Counted from the first letter of the whole stretch, positions 13,075 through 25,239 are shown. The stretch: DNA of 57,939 nucleotides, filler included, from Sphacelaria rigidula (GCA_964200075.2; 7 parts of 7 records of this genome joined end to end with filler, not necessarily neighbours in it), one strand, 5' to 3'. A program made the numbers and translations. The notes: generated by a model not told the origin, from the letters alone.

Positions 13075-13177
13075 GTGAGTGTGATATTGCCGTCCCATCT
13101 ATTCCGGGCGCCAGTGTACACCTTCCGGTATATGTGGGCGCATCAGCCGGAGTCACACAGGAGGAAGGCCAACAACA
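13075..13177 (-). mobile_element. SINE family A, 3' end
   Basis: cccatctattccgggcgccagtgtacaccttccggtatatgtgggcgcatcagccggagtcacacagga matches the family. Confidence 0.7.
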
Positions 13178-13395
13178 CGGGATCTTACAAATTGGGGATA
13201 GATCTTTTATTGGCGATGAGAAACCGGGAGAACTAAAATCTTCGTATCCACACTACATCCTCGAAATATGGTTCCATTTCTTCACCTACTGATAGCTATT
13301 GACAACTGTTACACGCCACCGAAATTTGGATTCCGACAATCGAAATATGGGGGTCGTAGATGAAAAAGTAATTTGGGGGAATTTCGGGTGTGAGA
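13178..13395. repeat. Partial arm of the 11395-12274 foldback family
   Basis: Direct similarity to 11567-11785. Confidence 0.8.
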
Positions 13396-13779
13396 GATCC
13401 TTGCGGAATCTGCCTTGCAGTATTGGGTCAAGGGCGGTGACACAAGCCAACAGACACGGCTGATTCGATGAAGTCTTGTTGCGGGCTCACTTCTCCGTCA
13501 TGACGCGAATAACGAGCAAACCTTTCGAACGGATGGGATTGCCGCGTTCACCACGTGATCGAAACTAGTCTTGGTGCGATGAAGTTGCTAACATGGACCA
13601 CTTCTCAGACCCAGGATGAAGCTACACAACAGAAAATGTCTATCGCACTCCTTGGCTGTAGCCCAGATTTTCGACTCCTTTCGAGGTTTGACGTAACGGT
13701 TACCTTCAACATAAACACGAGTGGACGCAATTCGTTTCAGCACGCTCACGGCGGCGTTGAGGACGACCGCAAAAATGTA

Positions 13780-14560
13780 AAGTACGCCGTAAGGGGTTCT
13801 TCTTGTGAAGCACTCTTAATATTACGAACGACAGTCGACAGACCGGACAAGATGGGGATGGTCTCTTGCCTCCGAAACACGTTCCATCTTTAGTTCTCTT
13901 GCTTGGGATACTTCAACTCCCCTTCAACACCCGCGTTCTTGGTACTCACCACCAGGTACCCACACACATGGCCATGTACCCCAGTTTCTTGTGGCTTTGA
14001 AAGTGTTAGTTTACAGAAAACGTACGCTCAAATGCGATGTAAATTCCCACGAAAAGTCGGAAACCCCGCCTAGCTCCTCGAGACAAAATCGGCGGCAACC
14101 CTCTCCCACCCCTTCCTCCTTCCTGACCACCTCCTGAAAGCGCACCGCTCCCTCATTTACCCACAGCGCTCCTACTGCTCACATACCCGAAACCGCCATT
14201 TTGAAGGACACCGCGCAACGCCATAATCGATTGTACTCATTCTGTGCCACTCTCACTCGAACATATAACAAAACACAGCACCTCGACAGAGCTCTTCAAA
14301 ATCGTGCACCATTTAATATTGCCCCCCGCTGCACCAGGTACCTCTAGCAACACTTTTTTCACCTCTCTCTCAAGGAAGAGCAAGGCAACAGCGGGATCGT
14401 GTCCCGTGACAGCTTTTTATGCCCTTTCAAGCCACCCACGCTCTGTAGACGGGACACGTTGTCTGCATTCCGAAGATTGAACGATAGGAAGGACGTTGAC
14501 ATGCTGACAACCAAGTTCAGAATATGGATGCGTCGTTGGAAATTGACCGAGCAAAGCAAA
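13780..14560 (-). mobile_element. Decayed hAT transposase remnant
   Basis: RRIHILNLVV resembles the hAT C-x-x-H-ILNL motif; downstream WNVFRRQETIPILSGLSTVVRNIKSASQEE resembles the hAT C-terminal dimerisation domain; stops and frameshifts. Confidence 0.45.
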
Positions 14561-14988
14561 ATCTTAATTTCATGACACCCGGCTCCAGCAAAACTCGAAC
14601 CCCTCCCCCTCCCCCAAACCTCCTAGCCCATGAGCGGCATCATCAGGCAAGTATTTAATTCGGCCGATTTTTCGAGCCGATGGGGGGCCAAGTCACGGCA
14701 TCAATATCGCATCACTCGGTGGGCATCAACTATGGTATTATGCTCTCGTCAATCGCTCAACGTTTTTCAATTTTGTGGTGTTGACTGGATCTTCGAAACC
14801 GTGGACTACGGGGACTTCGCAGCGTTCGCTCTCTTCGCCAGCATGCGTCGCTCGTACTTGCCGCGCATTTCAATGCCGATGCCGGTGAACACCATCGCAA
14901 CGCCGCTGCAAAAAACACGGATAGAAGGGAATCAAGGTCATCAGCAATGAGGGGGGGGGAGGGGCTGGATTAGGCCGCATATACTTCC

Positions 14989-15233
14989 CAGGGTCCGACG
15001 AACGAAACTACTTGATTCTAGTGTCATTGATTCGTACCGTACGAATCAATCCTTAGTCTTCGTTTCCGGCGTTGCAACCCAGATACGCACAGCCCAGGCA
15101 CGCGGAATGACGCACACAATTGCGTGGAGATCTTTTTGACCGGCGGTCAACTTTTTTCTCCCTTTCGACCAATTAGGCATTAAAAATCGTGAATTTGGTT
15201 ATTCAATCCGGCGATGATCCGTCGGAACCGCGT
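14989..15233. mobile_element. hAT-type MITE copy, inverted relative to 15557-16079
   Basis: Reverse-complement similarity to 15557-15812 and 15821-16079. Confidence 0.7.
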
Positions 15234-15556
15234 ATACTCCTTCACCATGGGTACGTCTATCTGGTGCATAGTGACCAAGCAAGACTGGGTCCCACGGGGA
15301 CCAGGTAATGTGCGACAGTCAGTGAATAGATTAGTCGAATTCACCTTTTTTGGCGATAAACATCCGGTAGGCAAATGATCGAATCGCGTATCGGTGGAAG
15401 TCGACTGTTGATATAAAAAAAATCGGCGCGTACGCCTTCAGCTGCCAGGTGGGGGCGTACTCCCATCCATAGTTGGGAAAACGCTTGAACCAAATGCATC
15501 AATCAATCAGCGATTCAATCATCAGCGAACCGACTCTGAACGTGGCCAAGACGTGG

Positions 15557-15812
15557 TACGGTTAGGACGAATCATCACGGGTTCAGATCACCAAGTTCAC
15601 GATTTCTTCGGCCTGGTTGCACCAAAGGGAGAAAAAAGTTGACCGCTGGTCCAAGGGTATCCACGCAACTTTTGCGCCATTCCACGTGTCTGGGTTGCGT
15701 GAAAGTGGGTTGCAACACCAAAAACAAAGCCGAGGATTCATTCGTACGATTCGAATCAATAACACTAAAACCAAGTCATTTCCAGACGAATCATTGATTC
15801 GTCTGACCCTTG
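15557..15812. mobile_element. hAT-type MITE copy
   Basis: Degenerate TIRs tacggttaggacgaat / attcgtctgacccttg. Confidence 0.7.
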
Positions 15813-15820
15813 AAACCTAG

Positions 15821-16079
15821 CACGGTTCGGACGGATTATCCCCGGTTCGAATCACCAAATCGACGATTTTTCAAAACTGATTGCTCAAGAAGAAGAATAA
15901 AAGGTTACCGGTGGTCACAGGGGCCTCCGCGCAATTTTTGCGCCATCGCACGTGCCTGGGCTGCGCGTACCTGGGTTGCAACGCTGAGAACAGAGCCTGA
16001 GATTTGATTGGTACGGTACGAATCAATCAGACTGAAATCAAGTAATTTCCAGACGAGTCACTGATTCGTCCGACCCGTG
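15821..16079. mobile_element. hAT-type MITE, 259 nt, with 8-bp target-site duplication
   Basis: TIRs cacggttcggacggat / attcgtccgacccgtg, flanked by aaacctag at 15813-15820 and 16080-16087. Confidence 0.85.
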
Positions 16080-16484
16080 AAACCTAGCCTTTGCGGCGCC
16101 AACAGATTTTCATCTATTATTAAATGTTAGCGTGACATTTCCCAAACCATTGATGAGGAGTCCGTCCACCCAACGGAAAATGACTGGAATCAGATATTGA
16201 CGCTGGAAACAAAAAAAAGGAAAAACCAACGAACAGAATACAATACTGTTAGATGGGCGGCAATAGAAAGAGAACGCAGTTGAAAACTGTGAGAATATAA
16301 TGCACGACGGTCGATTGCACGGTATAAGTACTCAGCGTCACAGAAGTTTCAGAATTCGTAGTCGTCCTTTTTTCTGAGTTTTCTGGAATACCGTTCTTCA
16401 CTACTACTTGAAAATGCTAGCCCTGGTAGATTTAGGGAGAAAGCGTAGGCCGCGCTCAAACTGTAATGCTCGCGTTGGTGTTTT

Positions 16485-16584
16485 NNNNNNNNNNNNNNNN
16501 NNNNNNNNNNNNNNNNNNNNNNNNNNNNTTAATTAATTAANNNNNNNNNNNNNNNNNNNNNNNNNNNNNNNNNNNNNNNNNNNN
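16485..16584. other. Artificial scaffold-concatenation spacer
   Basis: Same 100-nt N/TTAATTAATTAA/N layout. Confidence 0.97.
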
Positions 16585-16722
16585 TGCTAAGATTGTTAGG
16601 CCCGAAGCCTACTAATGATCTTGCATTTGGATGACAGCCAACAATAAGTTGCTCTATTGTGTGGTATTGTCACTTCCAGAGACAGCCAAGGATTCTACAC
16701 TGCCTCATGGGTGTCTAAACCA
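16585..16722 (-). mobile_element. ~465-nt structured repeat unit, partial copy at scaffold start
   Basis: Reverse complement of gacacccatgaggcagtgtag...ggctgtcatccaaatgcaagat..cttcgggcc..aatcttagca. Confidence 0.85.
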
Positions 16723-17920
16723 GGGGGGGGAGGGGGGCGGGGCTGAAAGTATGTCGGGGAAAACAAACGTCGCATGATCGATCTCTGTCCGATTTTGCCC
16801 ACGTTTTCGGCTCGCATATCGAACGACGTTGGGTGATTAACCGACTGTGTGGAAGCGTTGATTGTCAATTTTAGTTCAGCTTTTGCCATAAACGGATGCG
16901 CTTTCGCTATCCCCTACGTTGGGTGAAGTATGGGGTGCAGATGAAGTCTCCCCCGCGGAGGTGCTGGCGATGCTATGCCCGGGTTAAGAAAAAAGACATG
17001 ACGCAAACGGTGTCAACTGAAAGTCAAGAATGAAGCTACAATTTTTACGAACCGGACATCAAGTTACATTCTATTTCGGCGCTTCTCCGAGAATGTTTTG
17101 GGGGCATTTCGGGACAGGAAGGACATGAAGGCATACTGGGGTAAGGGTACGGCAGAGGGCGGTGATGTTGGGAGGGATGGTGACGTACCGTGAGGACCTA
17201 GACCTTAAACACGGCGTAGAACTACATAGCATTGATTTACAGTGGCGACAAGGATAACAAGAAATCAGTCTTTTCATTTTGTTTTCAACGATTTTTTGCC
17301 CTCGAGAGAGGGAAACAGTCAGCAGGTTTTGGGTCAAGTCATATAATTCGGTCATTCAGCCGCATGGTGCAAATGAAAGTGGACGGAAAATAGAATAAGG
17401 TCTAACCACAAAACGATGAAAAAGCACGATATCAGAATCGAAAAAGAATCGGTCTCTCCCAAGGGCCTCTACAAGCGCAGTTAACGTAACATATGGGATA
17501 GAAAATATTATAAAACGCTGTGCCCGATGGACGCAGCGACAACGAGAAGTATTCTATTCAAACCAAGAAACGAACGGCCACCACGGTGGATATTGAAGCC
17601 AAACCTCTCGATCATATCTGGATACACGGTAAATTCGCCACATCCCTTCGTCACGATAACACAAAGTAACGGTGGTTACAAATGTACGCACAGAAGTCAC
17701 TGACAGCCACGGCTACCTTGTATCACTGCAGCTCCGTCAGTCTCCTTGTCTTTGATCAACTCATTACGGTTGAGCGTATCACGTGGACACTGCGGGAAAT
17801 CCGTAACGGACACTCTCTTGGAAATGGTGACCGCCTCCAGCATATATTGTTGCATTTTTTCATGAGAAGGTGGGCGGCCGACGCACCGATCCCTCGTCTA
17901 CCGTGGCCTCATGTACACAG

Positions 17921-18007
17921 GTGGTCACCACGCCGGAGGACCAGTCAATCATCCAAGCAGCCGCCCGTGATTTCGGAACCCGCAGTTGGGAATACTACGA
18001 TACTGAG
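17921..18007 (+). CDS. Candidate orphan internal exon (VVTTPEDQSIIQAAARDFGTRSWEYYDTE), product unknown
   Basis: acacag| acceptor, |gtgaat donor, 87 nt, phase 0/0, open frame with protein-like composition. Confidence 0.45.
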
Positions 18008-18179
18008 GTGAATGCGCCACAAGTGTCTCTCTCCCTCACTCTCTCCCTCCTTTCTTCTTCCGTTTGCATATTTTCCGTTCATGCTTCCGGTGTGTATTCT
18101 TCAGGTGCTGTTGTTTTCGAAGCTGCGCTTTCTCATGAAATCAAGCCTGACCGTTGGTTACTCGCTTGTTGTGTTGCCG

Positions 18180-18489
18180 CTGCGCCCCGGTGCCGTGATG
18201 GTCCGACTGTCGCCATTAGGGTGGGAAGAACGAGGGTTCGATTCCCGATGCGTTAGAATTTTCTTCATAGTATCTAATTTCCACCGTGGGAAGTGTAGGA
18301 GCGTGTGTGTAACAAATTAGTTGAGTGGGTTTGTGTGACGTGAGTTGACGCGGTGCGGGAGTGCTGACTCAGTCCGCGAGATAAAGATGCAAGGCGTGTG
18401 CCGGGGAGAGATGTGTTGATCCCTTGAGTCCACGGACGCGTCCCGAGGGAGGGGAGGGGTTCAAAGTGTGACGAATAAAAAACAAAAAT
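18180..18489 (+). mobile_element. tRNA-derived SINE family B, near full length
   Basis: A-box-like tgccgtgatgg and B-box GGTTCGATTCC; 3' end ggggaggggttcaaagtgtgac plus A-rich tail; further copies at 24876, 29252 and 42980. Confidence 0.75.
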
Positions 18490-18554
18490 AATTTTCGATA
18501 TCAATACTACTCATGATATTAGTAATAGTAAAAAAGAGAATGACAATAATGGTA

Positions 18555-18556
18555 GT

Positions 18557-18597
<41 letters not shown>
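18555..18597. repeat. (ACA)n microsatellite
   Basis: Read directly from the sequence. Confidence 0.95.
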
Positions 18598-18599
<2 letters not shown>

Positions 18600-19101
18600 A
18601 TATTAGTAACAACAATAATGATAATTATTATTATTCGAATAATAGAAGAGTTCTGTGTCCAGCCCCCATGGATGAAGATGAAAGCACAAAACATGTCGTA
18701 CAGGTGTGCACGTGAGAGGATGCGCGTTACTCACTCAAATACGGGCAAAGGGGCGTGTGTAGAGGTACGCTCAACAGAGCTTTCATGCCCAGCGTCTGTC
18801 GTCTGGGTACCTTGGGGCTTGCCTCTCGTATGCTGATGCCACCGCGTAGTATAGCCCGACTTCACGCATGGTTCTTGGGATAGTGCTTAGTTCCTAGGAT
18901 ATTAATCACATGCCTCTCCTATCGAAAGTGGGAGAGGCTGCCGGGAAACTGCCCCAGACACTTTTTGACGGGCCGCAGATTGACACCTGGGTCTGAAAAT
19001 CACTACTCACGTAGACGCGATACCGATTCCACTTACGTGTCCACGTAAGCGATCCAAGCGTTCAACAAAAGCCTACGTACTAATGATCTCTCCACCGCCA
19101 C

Positions 19102-19615
19102 AGCCTGGCCCAGCGAAAACCCGGCGTGCTCCTTCCCGGCTTTGTAGGGACGACCTTCCTACGTGGTTGGCGTCGGTTGGCAGTGACACTAAAAAACACG
19201 CCTCTCACTGCGTAAGTTAGGCAACCAGGTTACCGATCTTGTGTGCGCGTTTGCTTGTTTTTCGCGGTAAACGTAAGGCTGGTCGAGCTAGATCATATTG
19301 TGTGGGGTGGGAGAAACACTTTATTCAATGCAAAGGAGATGATCAAACTACGTTAGTGTTTAAATGGTGAGACACCCATGAGGCAGTGTAGAACCCGGGG
19401 CTGTCTCTGGACGTGGCGGTACCAGAAAATGAAGCAACTCATTCTAGGCTGTCATCCAAATGTGAGACGACCAGTACGCCTCGGGCCGCACAATCTTAGC
19501 GGGATGCAATTCACTCTTCATGCGACTCACCGAACACATCACGGTGCTTTGAGCTTGGTTATTATTGCGAGCCTAGTCCGGTGAACACTCGGTGTGCTCC
19601 GTCCCGGCTTTCTAG
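19102..19615 (+). mobile_element. ~465-nt structured repeat, one unit plus ~45-nt terminal redundancy
   Basis: agcctgg..cccggcttt occurs at 19102 and again at 19570 (period 468); followed by a LINE-tail-like segment to ~19680. Confidence 0.85.
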
Positions 19616-20689
19616 AGATGATGCTGGGTCCATGATCACATGCCTATTGTGCAAGATGATGGATACACCCCCGCCCCCCATCATGAATAGTACTCGCTGT
19701 TCTTTTTCACACCGACAGCCAGTGGTCACCGTGACAAATCTTGTGCGCGTTAGTTTAATGCCACAATAGAGGTGCCATTTTCAGTCCAAACATTTTCTGA
19801 GGCTGCACCCTGAGGCTCATATACTTTTTTATTCAAAGGTTCCCACAGCAAAAAGCCTCAGAAACAAAAGTGCACCCCTACCGTGGTATTGCTCTAGTTC
19901 TCCATTTTTCTCCGAGAGCGCAATATTTTTCAGCGGTCCCAAGCCAAAACTGAAACACTTCTTCCCCGGCGAAACGTGGAATCATCTAAGGGGTTTTATT
20001 GATGGGACTTCATCTCCCCCAAAATCTTTTCTTGTCTCGAGGATAAAACGCTTCATCCGAAACTGTGCGAGAACTATGCTAGGATAGGGGGGCGGGTGGT
20101 TATGGGCCTTTTCTTCGACGAAAATCGACTTCAAATCGTCGTTGAAAGCAGCAACGGTTGCTCAAACGCTCTCGTTACCAATAAGTTACGCTCGTTCATA
20201 GTGCTTGGCACTGTTTTTACCCACACACAAGCGCATCCCGCGTGTATTTGGTCCTCTGACACACATATGAGCCCAGTTTTTCGTGGAATAACCCCCCCCC
20301 CCCCCAACTATCGTGGCGTAGCACGAAAGGGAGTTTCTTGATCAGGTCACGCAAACGATTTATCAGAGACTGAATGCTGATTCATTTCTCCAAAAGCCTA
20401 GCGCAGGACTCCCTACCAGCAATTCGGTTTGTCGGAAAGCCGAGAACAATATCCGAAATTGTGGAAAAGGTCAGAAAAACCTACCTGGAGAAAACACCTC
20501 GTTATTACGATCTCTGAAAAGGTGATACAGTGGGGCGGAGGTTCAGCTGACGGTAATGCTCTATGGGTGGGTTCTTGACCGTCTACGCATGAAGCGTCAA
20601 CCGTGTGTGCATGTGTGCCTATGTACGTCGTTAATGATTGGAGCAGGGGCTTCCCCCGCATGGTAGCGTACGGCCAATGTTGATGCACC

Positions 20690-21330
20690 TCCGTACTTAC
20701 AGTACACGCCCGCACGATAATGTTTGGAGACGATCTTGGGTGCAATCGATGCTTTCCAGTCTACGGATACATCCAAATTCGCGATGCATACGTAGCGCAT
20801 AAAAATGCTACATTCGAGATGTCAAGGCAGCACGGTTCATGTGTATCGCGAGACATTCTCCCTGCTGTATTTTCTCGATGTGATGTAAAGGCCAACACTG
20901 ATTGTGCTATTTGATATCTTGCCACGCAGTTGTCGATGACGGCGAAATATACCTGCAACGGCGGAATATCAAAGCTTGTGACACCAGACCACCTGGCGCT
21001 GCACTGTGTGCCGGAGCACCACCGAGCTTGGGTACGTTTCTGCCTACTCTGTTAGACATCACAGAGTACTGTGATCATGCTGTGTCTGAGATCAGCACGA
21101 TGCAGGCCCGACAGCTAGGATTGCACATGTGGAACGGGGTCACTTAAGTACCAAGCGTTTGTTCACGGATTACAACCGTCCAGGTTCCTCGCGGATGGAC
21201 AAGCGACATCTTCGACTATTTATCCTTGCCATCAAGACGATTTCTCTCCCGAACGCCAAAACCCGTTCCGTAGTCGACATACTACTGTTTATTGCTTACT
21301 CCAGGCGGGAGACATTTGACGAAGGTCCAG
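20690..21330 (+). mobile_element. Possible decayed Plavaka-like (CMC-related) transposase fragment
   Basis: Ordered frameshifted peptides VYGYIQI, RIKMLH, YLA..VVDDGE, LHMWNG and RLFILAIK..RSVVDILLFIAYSRRETF resemble Plavaka motifs GYIP, R..LFH, LA.YVAD.PE, D.LH and ALLDF.Y; judged by eye only. Confidence 0.3.
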
Positions 21331-24048
21331 GGGACCGCACGCACTCAAACCCAATGTCGAAAAAAGCACACGCGGCACCGGACGTTCACAGTCAAGGCGA
21401 TGTATATGCCAGTAATCCCCTGGCTTCCTCCGCCCTCGTTGTATCCGACTGAATCTGTATATCTCGCCTGTTCTCCCCACCGAACGACAAACGAAACGTG
21501 TAGGTTTGCGAGGGACTTCGCGCAGCTATTTCCACATGCCCGGACAGCCGCCCCACCCCAGTAGAGCTCCGTGCTTACATGGAGTATATCTACGACTGTG
21601 TGGTAGGTGCTCCCGCCTCTTCTACCAGCGCCCCAGATCCTCGGGTGCCGTCACAGTACATTCCTGTGTCTGTAGTCCCGACACCTACATCCGTGGGTGA
21701 GGGAGCCCGGGGTTCGGCACGGATTGACAGACAGGTAGAGAGGGGGAGTGGCCCGCGGTCGGAAGAGACCAGAACCGCTAGAGCCGAGGCTGCCATCAAA
21801 GTCTGCTTAGGGATAGGGGCGCCGATCCCGAATGCTGTCACCTCGGGCCTTTCCCGCGAGAGGGAGGCCCCGCTTTGGCGCTTGAGGGGTCACGGGAGCG
21901 ACGGGGGGTGCATGATCGGATCACCTGTGCCCGGAACAGCGTTCAGTGTGACGGATTTGGAGAGCTAGCACGGGCCGCTACTCCCACTTTTGAACCAAAT
22001 ACATGCGGACAAGCAGCAAGTGTGCGTTGGTGTTCGGAGATAGCTATCAATAACGTTTCTTCAAACGTGGATGACAACTCCTGTCGTGTCACTGCATTGC
22101 GTTTCGACCGTGGTCGTTACAGGATTGCCGAGGAACTTCAATTTCTGTAAGTTGGATATGCAGGCACATTAAATTTCGTTTGATGCTAGCTGGCATGCGC
22201 TGTCGAGTTCGGCCGTGTTTGCTTTTTGCGATAATATGCAGTGTACCACAGCAGCGTAGGAGCCCCTCTGGTCCTACTTCTTTTACTTAGCAGAGGCCAA
22301 CAAGGCCAATATACAACTTTGTGGCGGGTAGACTTGTCTGGGTGGTTTATTATGGCTGTTTTACTGTCGAGAGCATTTACACAGGGCTTCACGTATTTTC
22401 ACCCGCATTGACTGAAACGTACAACGGCATAGCAAAAGGGCTATCAGGAATGTATGCCCATCACGTTTAAACGTCCTAACGTAGAGGTGACCTTTGGGGG
22501 GGGAGGTGGGGGTGGGGGGTGTCGTGATATTTATCTTCTTTTACAATTCGCCCGTTTGCGTGAGCATGTATCGATTTGTGAGTTCGCTGTTTTTCGTCTG
22601 CAGCAATCAGAGAGCCCACCATGAGCTCACCAACTACTGCAAGCTAGAACGAGAGAGTGGGCAATGGTTTTATGGCATGTTGGCGCCACCACTCGATCCC
22701 TTGAATTAGTAGCACGTTTTGCCATGATGAACGGAGGAGAGCGATCGTTCGAGAACGACGTCTATGTTGTCCTTCATGTATCGAGTGTCCATTGCCGGTG
22801 CTTTGGCGTTCCTTCGTTGTTCATGCGCCGAGTGATGTGTTTCGGGACAAACCAGCCATGTACCCTGCATCTGCACCACCGACGATTCTGTTGTAGGAGT
22901 GGTTTGAGTGGACGCGTCATAGACTGTGTGAGATGTCGCATCTTTTCTGCAGCTATAGTCACCTGTGTCACACGTTTTGAGAGACGGAGGTTTTTGAAAG
23001 CCTTTTCTTATGTTCAGCATTCCCATGATTGTATTCCTTGTGCTATGTCTTGTCCGTGATTCCGCTCTCGAGAGCCCAAGAAGTGCGGGGGCTGAGGGAC
23101 GGGGGGGCGAGGAAACGAGGGTTAGTGACATCGTGTTGTGCGCTGTTCAACAAGTCACACTGTTCTCGTGTTGCCACACCATGGATCCTCATATGATCCC
23201 CAGCCAACGTGCCCCTGCGACACTAACGGGGTCCGCCGATTAGGTCCGGAGACGCGCAATCCATCAACCAGCTGTAAACATGGCTACTGCACACTGTTGT
23301 GACAATATTCGTGTATCTAACCTAGGTAACATCGGTGGTCAGAGCCTATAGCTCTTCTTGTATAATCTTTGACCAGACGTAGGCAGACGTGTAGGTCTCC
23401 ATAATGTGTCAAGGAGTACGCCTATATGATGACCAGTACAGCTGTGGGGATAGCGTATACACACGCGCGGGGCTGCGCTTGCGTGCACATCGTACACGCT
23501 GAGGGGTCGCGCGCATGGACACACGAAGGGAGACATGAATGCACAGCGCACTGGCATATATATCCAAATACAGTCCCTACAAAGTGCAAAGCACCGCATA
23601 CGCTGGAGATATACTGAAGGGTTCCCAGCAATATACATGAACACAACATCACACAATCATACACAAATTTTGATCTCAAAATGTTAGGACAAAACAATCA
23701 CGTTTCCATTTCCCAAAATCACGCGTGAAAACGTCTTCCGATTACTACGTAAATATGGATGTGGGACGGTGACCCGCCGCGATTTCGAAGAAATCGGGTG
23801 TCGACGTTTGTTTGGTCTCGGATGATACATCTGACGGCTAACTCTTTGGAATGCCGACCTTGTAAGCGCCAGAGTTGGTAATCAGGGTCACGCAGTAACG
23901 TTTCAAATGAAAACAGTGCCGATTCCACATGCAGATGAAAGGCGTACTCTTAATGTGAAGGTACACTCTCATTCTCGCGAAAGTGCTGTCCATGTATCTA
24001 CTCTATATTATATCTCGAGGTGGTGTTTCTCTGAGGGATGACTCCACG

Positions 24049-24270
24049 ATAGCCCCCCCCGAAAAGGGGCTGGTTCGGGTAGGCAAAATGTATGCGCAAA
24101 TCAAAATGAAAGAAGCTGGGCACAACGAGCAGCTGGTTATTCCCACACTTGGGCTCATTTTCGCCAATGCCGTCAATATGAGGCGCTTCATGCAGCCTAG
24201 ATCCAAACACTAGGCGCTGTTTGGCCATTTTCTTCGTGGCAGTGTGGGGCTGGTTTTGATGGGGAGACTA
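24049..24270 (+). pseudogene. Decayed coding fragment of unknown family, homologous to 5990-6203
   Basis: IAPPEKGLVRVGKMYAQIKMKEAGHNEQLVIPTLGLIFANAVNM then KH*ALFGHFLRGSVG; aligns with the scaffold-1 peptide. Confidence 0.6.
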
Positions 24271-24775
24271 TCGTAGAAAGCCTCGGATGCCAAAACGCGG
24301 TGCGTATGAGAGCATATGATAATACGAGTAAACACAACAGTTGATTTGTTTTGACTCATCACTCCTCTCTTTTTATGCTCGTCATATATGTCCAGCATGC
24401 GCATGTACCACCTTACTTCTCTTTATACGAAGCAAACTGCATATTTGCAACTCACACAACAGTACATGATCAGGTAGTCAAATCGTCAAAGCCGCATACT
24501 TTGCGATTTTAACCGGTCTCATGATAATGAGCAGATCTCAAGAAGGGCTGATGCATACCAAGAGTATCAACAGGGCTTTTAAATAGCAGCTGTCTGGATG
24601 AAAAAATGACTGCATTGAGATGCCTTGCTCATGAACTCCTGACCATTCATGGTACCTGGATGCGGTTGTGTTCTTGGTATCAAATCTTTGACCAGAGAGA
24701 GTACTAGAGATAACAGTGTTTTCGTGAGATTGAGAGTAGATGATACGATTGAGAGTGGCTTTGATCATTCCCTTT

Positions 24776-24875
24776 NNNNNNNNNNNNNNNNNNNNNNNNN
24801 NNNNNNNNNNNNNNNNNNNTTAATTAATTAANNNNNNNNNNNNNNNNNNNNNNNNNNNNNNNNNNNNNNNNNNNN
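24776..24875. other. Artificial scaffold-concatenation spacer
   Basis: Same 100-nt layout. Confidence 0.97.
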
Positions 24876-24984
24876 CGACACCAAAATGAAAGGCACGTGC
24901 CCGGGGAGAGATGGGTTGATCCCTCGAGACCACGGACTCATCCTGAGGAAGGGGAGGGGTTCAAAGTGTGAGGAGAAAAAAAAA
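24876..24984 (+). mobile_element. SINE family B, 3' end
   Basis: Matches 18385-18489, including ggggaggggttcaaagtgtga and the A tail. Confidence 0.75.
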
Positions 24985-25089
24985 GAAGTTGAAGTTGTGA
25001 ATTGCGCTCCCAAGACTGGAGCTGTTGATGGGAGGAATGTAACGCGGGCGTTGTCTATGTGCACAAGCCATACACATGTATGCATGCAG

Positions 25090-25239
25090 AGTACGGGCCC
25101 TAAGGACAACGACGGTCAAGATCTCCAAATGGGAGCGTTCAGCCCCAAGCCAGGAAAATACGTTGTTGAAAGACAAATTATTACGGATACTGAGCGGAAG
25201 CTTCGTCGGCGTTGGTGGACCGATCAGTTGCAGGCTTGA
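25090..25239 (+). CDS. BRCT-PDZ protein, exon a (N-terminal half of BRCT-like domain)
   Basis: tgcag| ... |gtgagg, 150 nt, phase 2/2; VRALRTTTVKISKW...LLKDKLLRILSGSFVGVGGPISCRL joins exon b in frame (GA+T = Asp). Confidence 0.65.
   Translation, partial: STGPKDNDGQDLQMGAFSPKPGKYVVERQIITDTERKLRRRWWTDQLQA

Noticed and set aside
18930-19070. Group I intron P/Q/R elements or RNase MRP core
   Set aside because: Only partial words match; no S element or P7 pairing and no downstream P4 partner.
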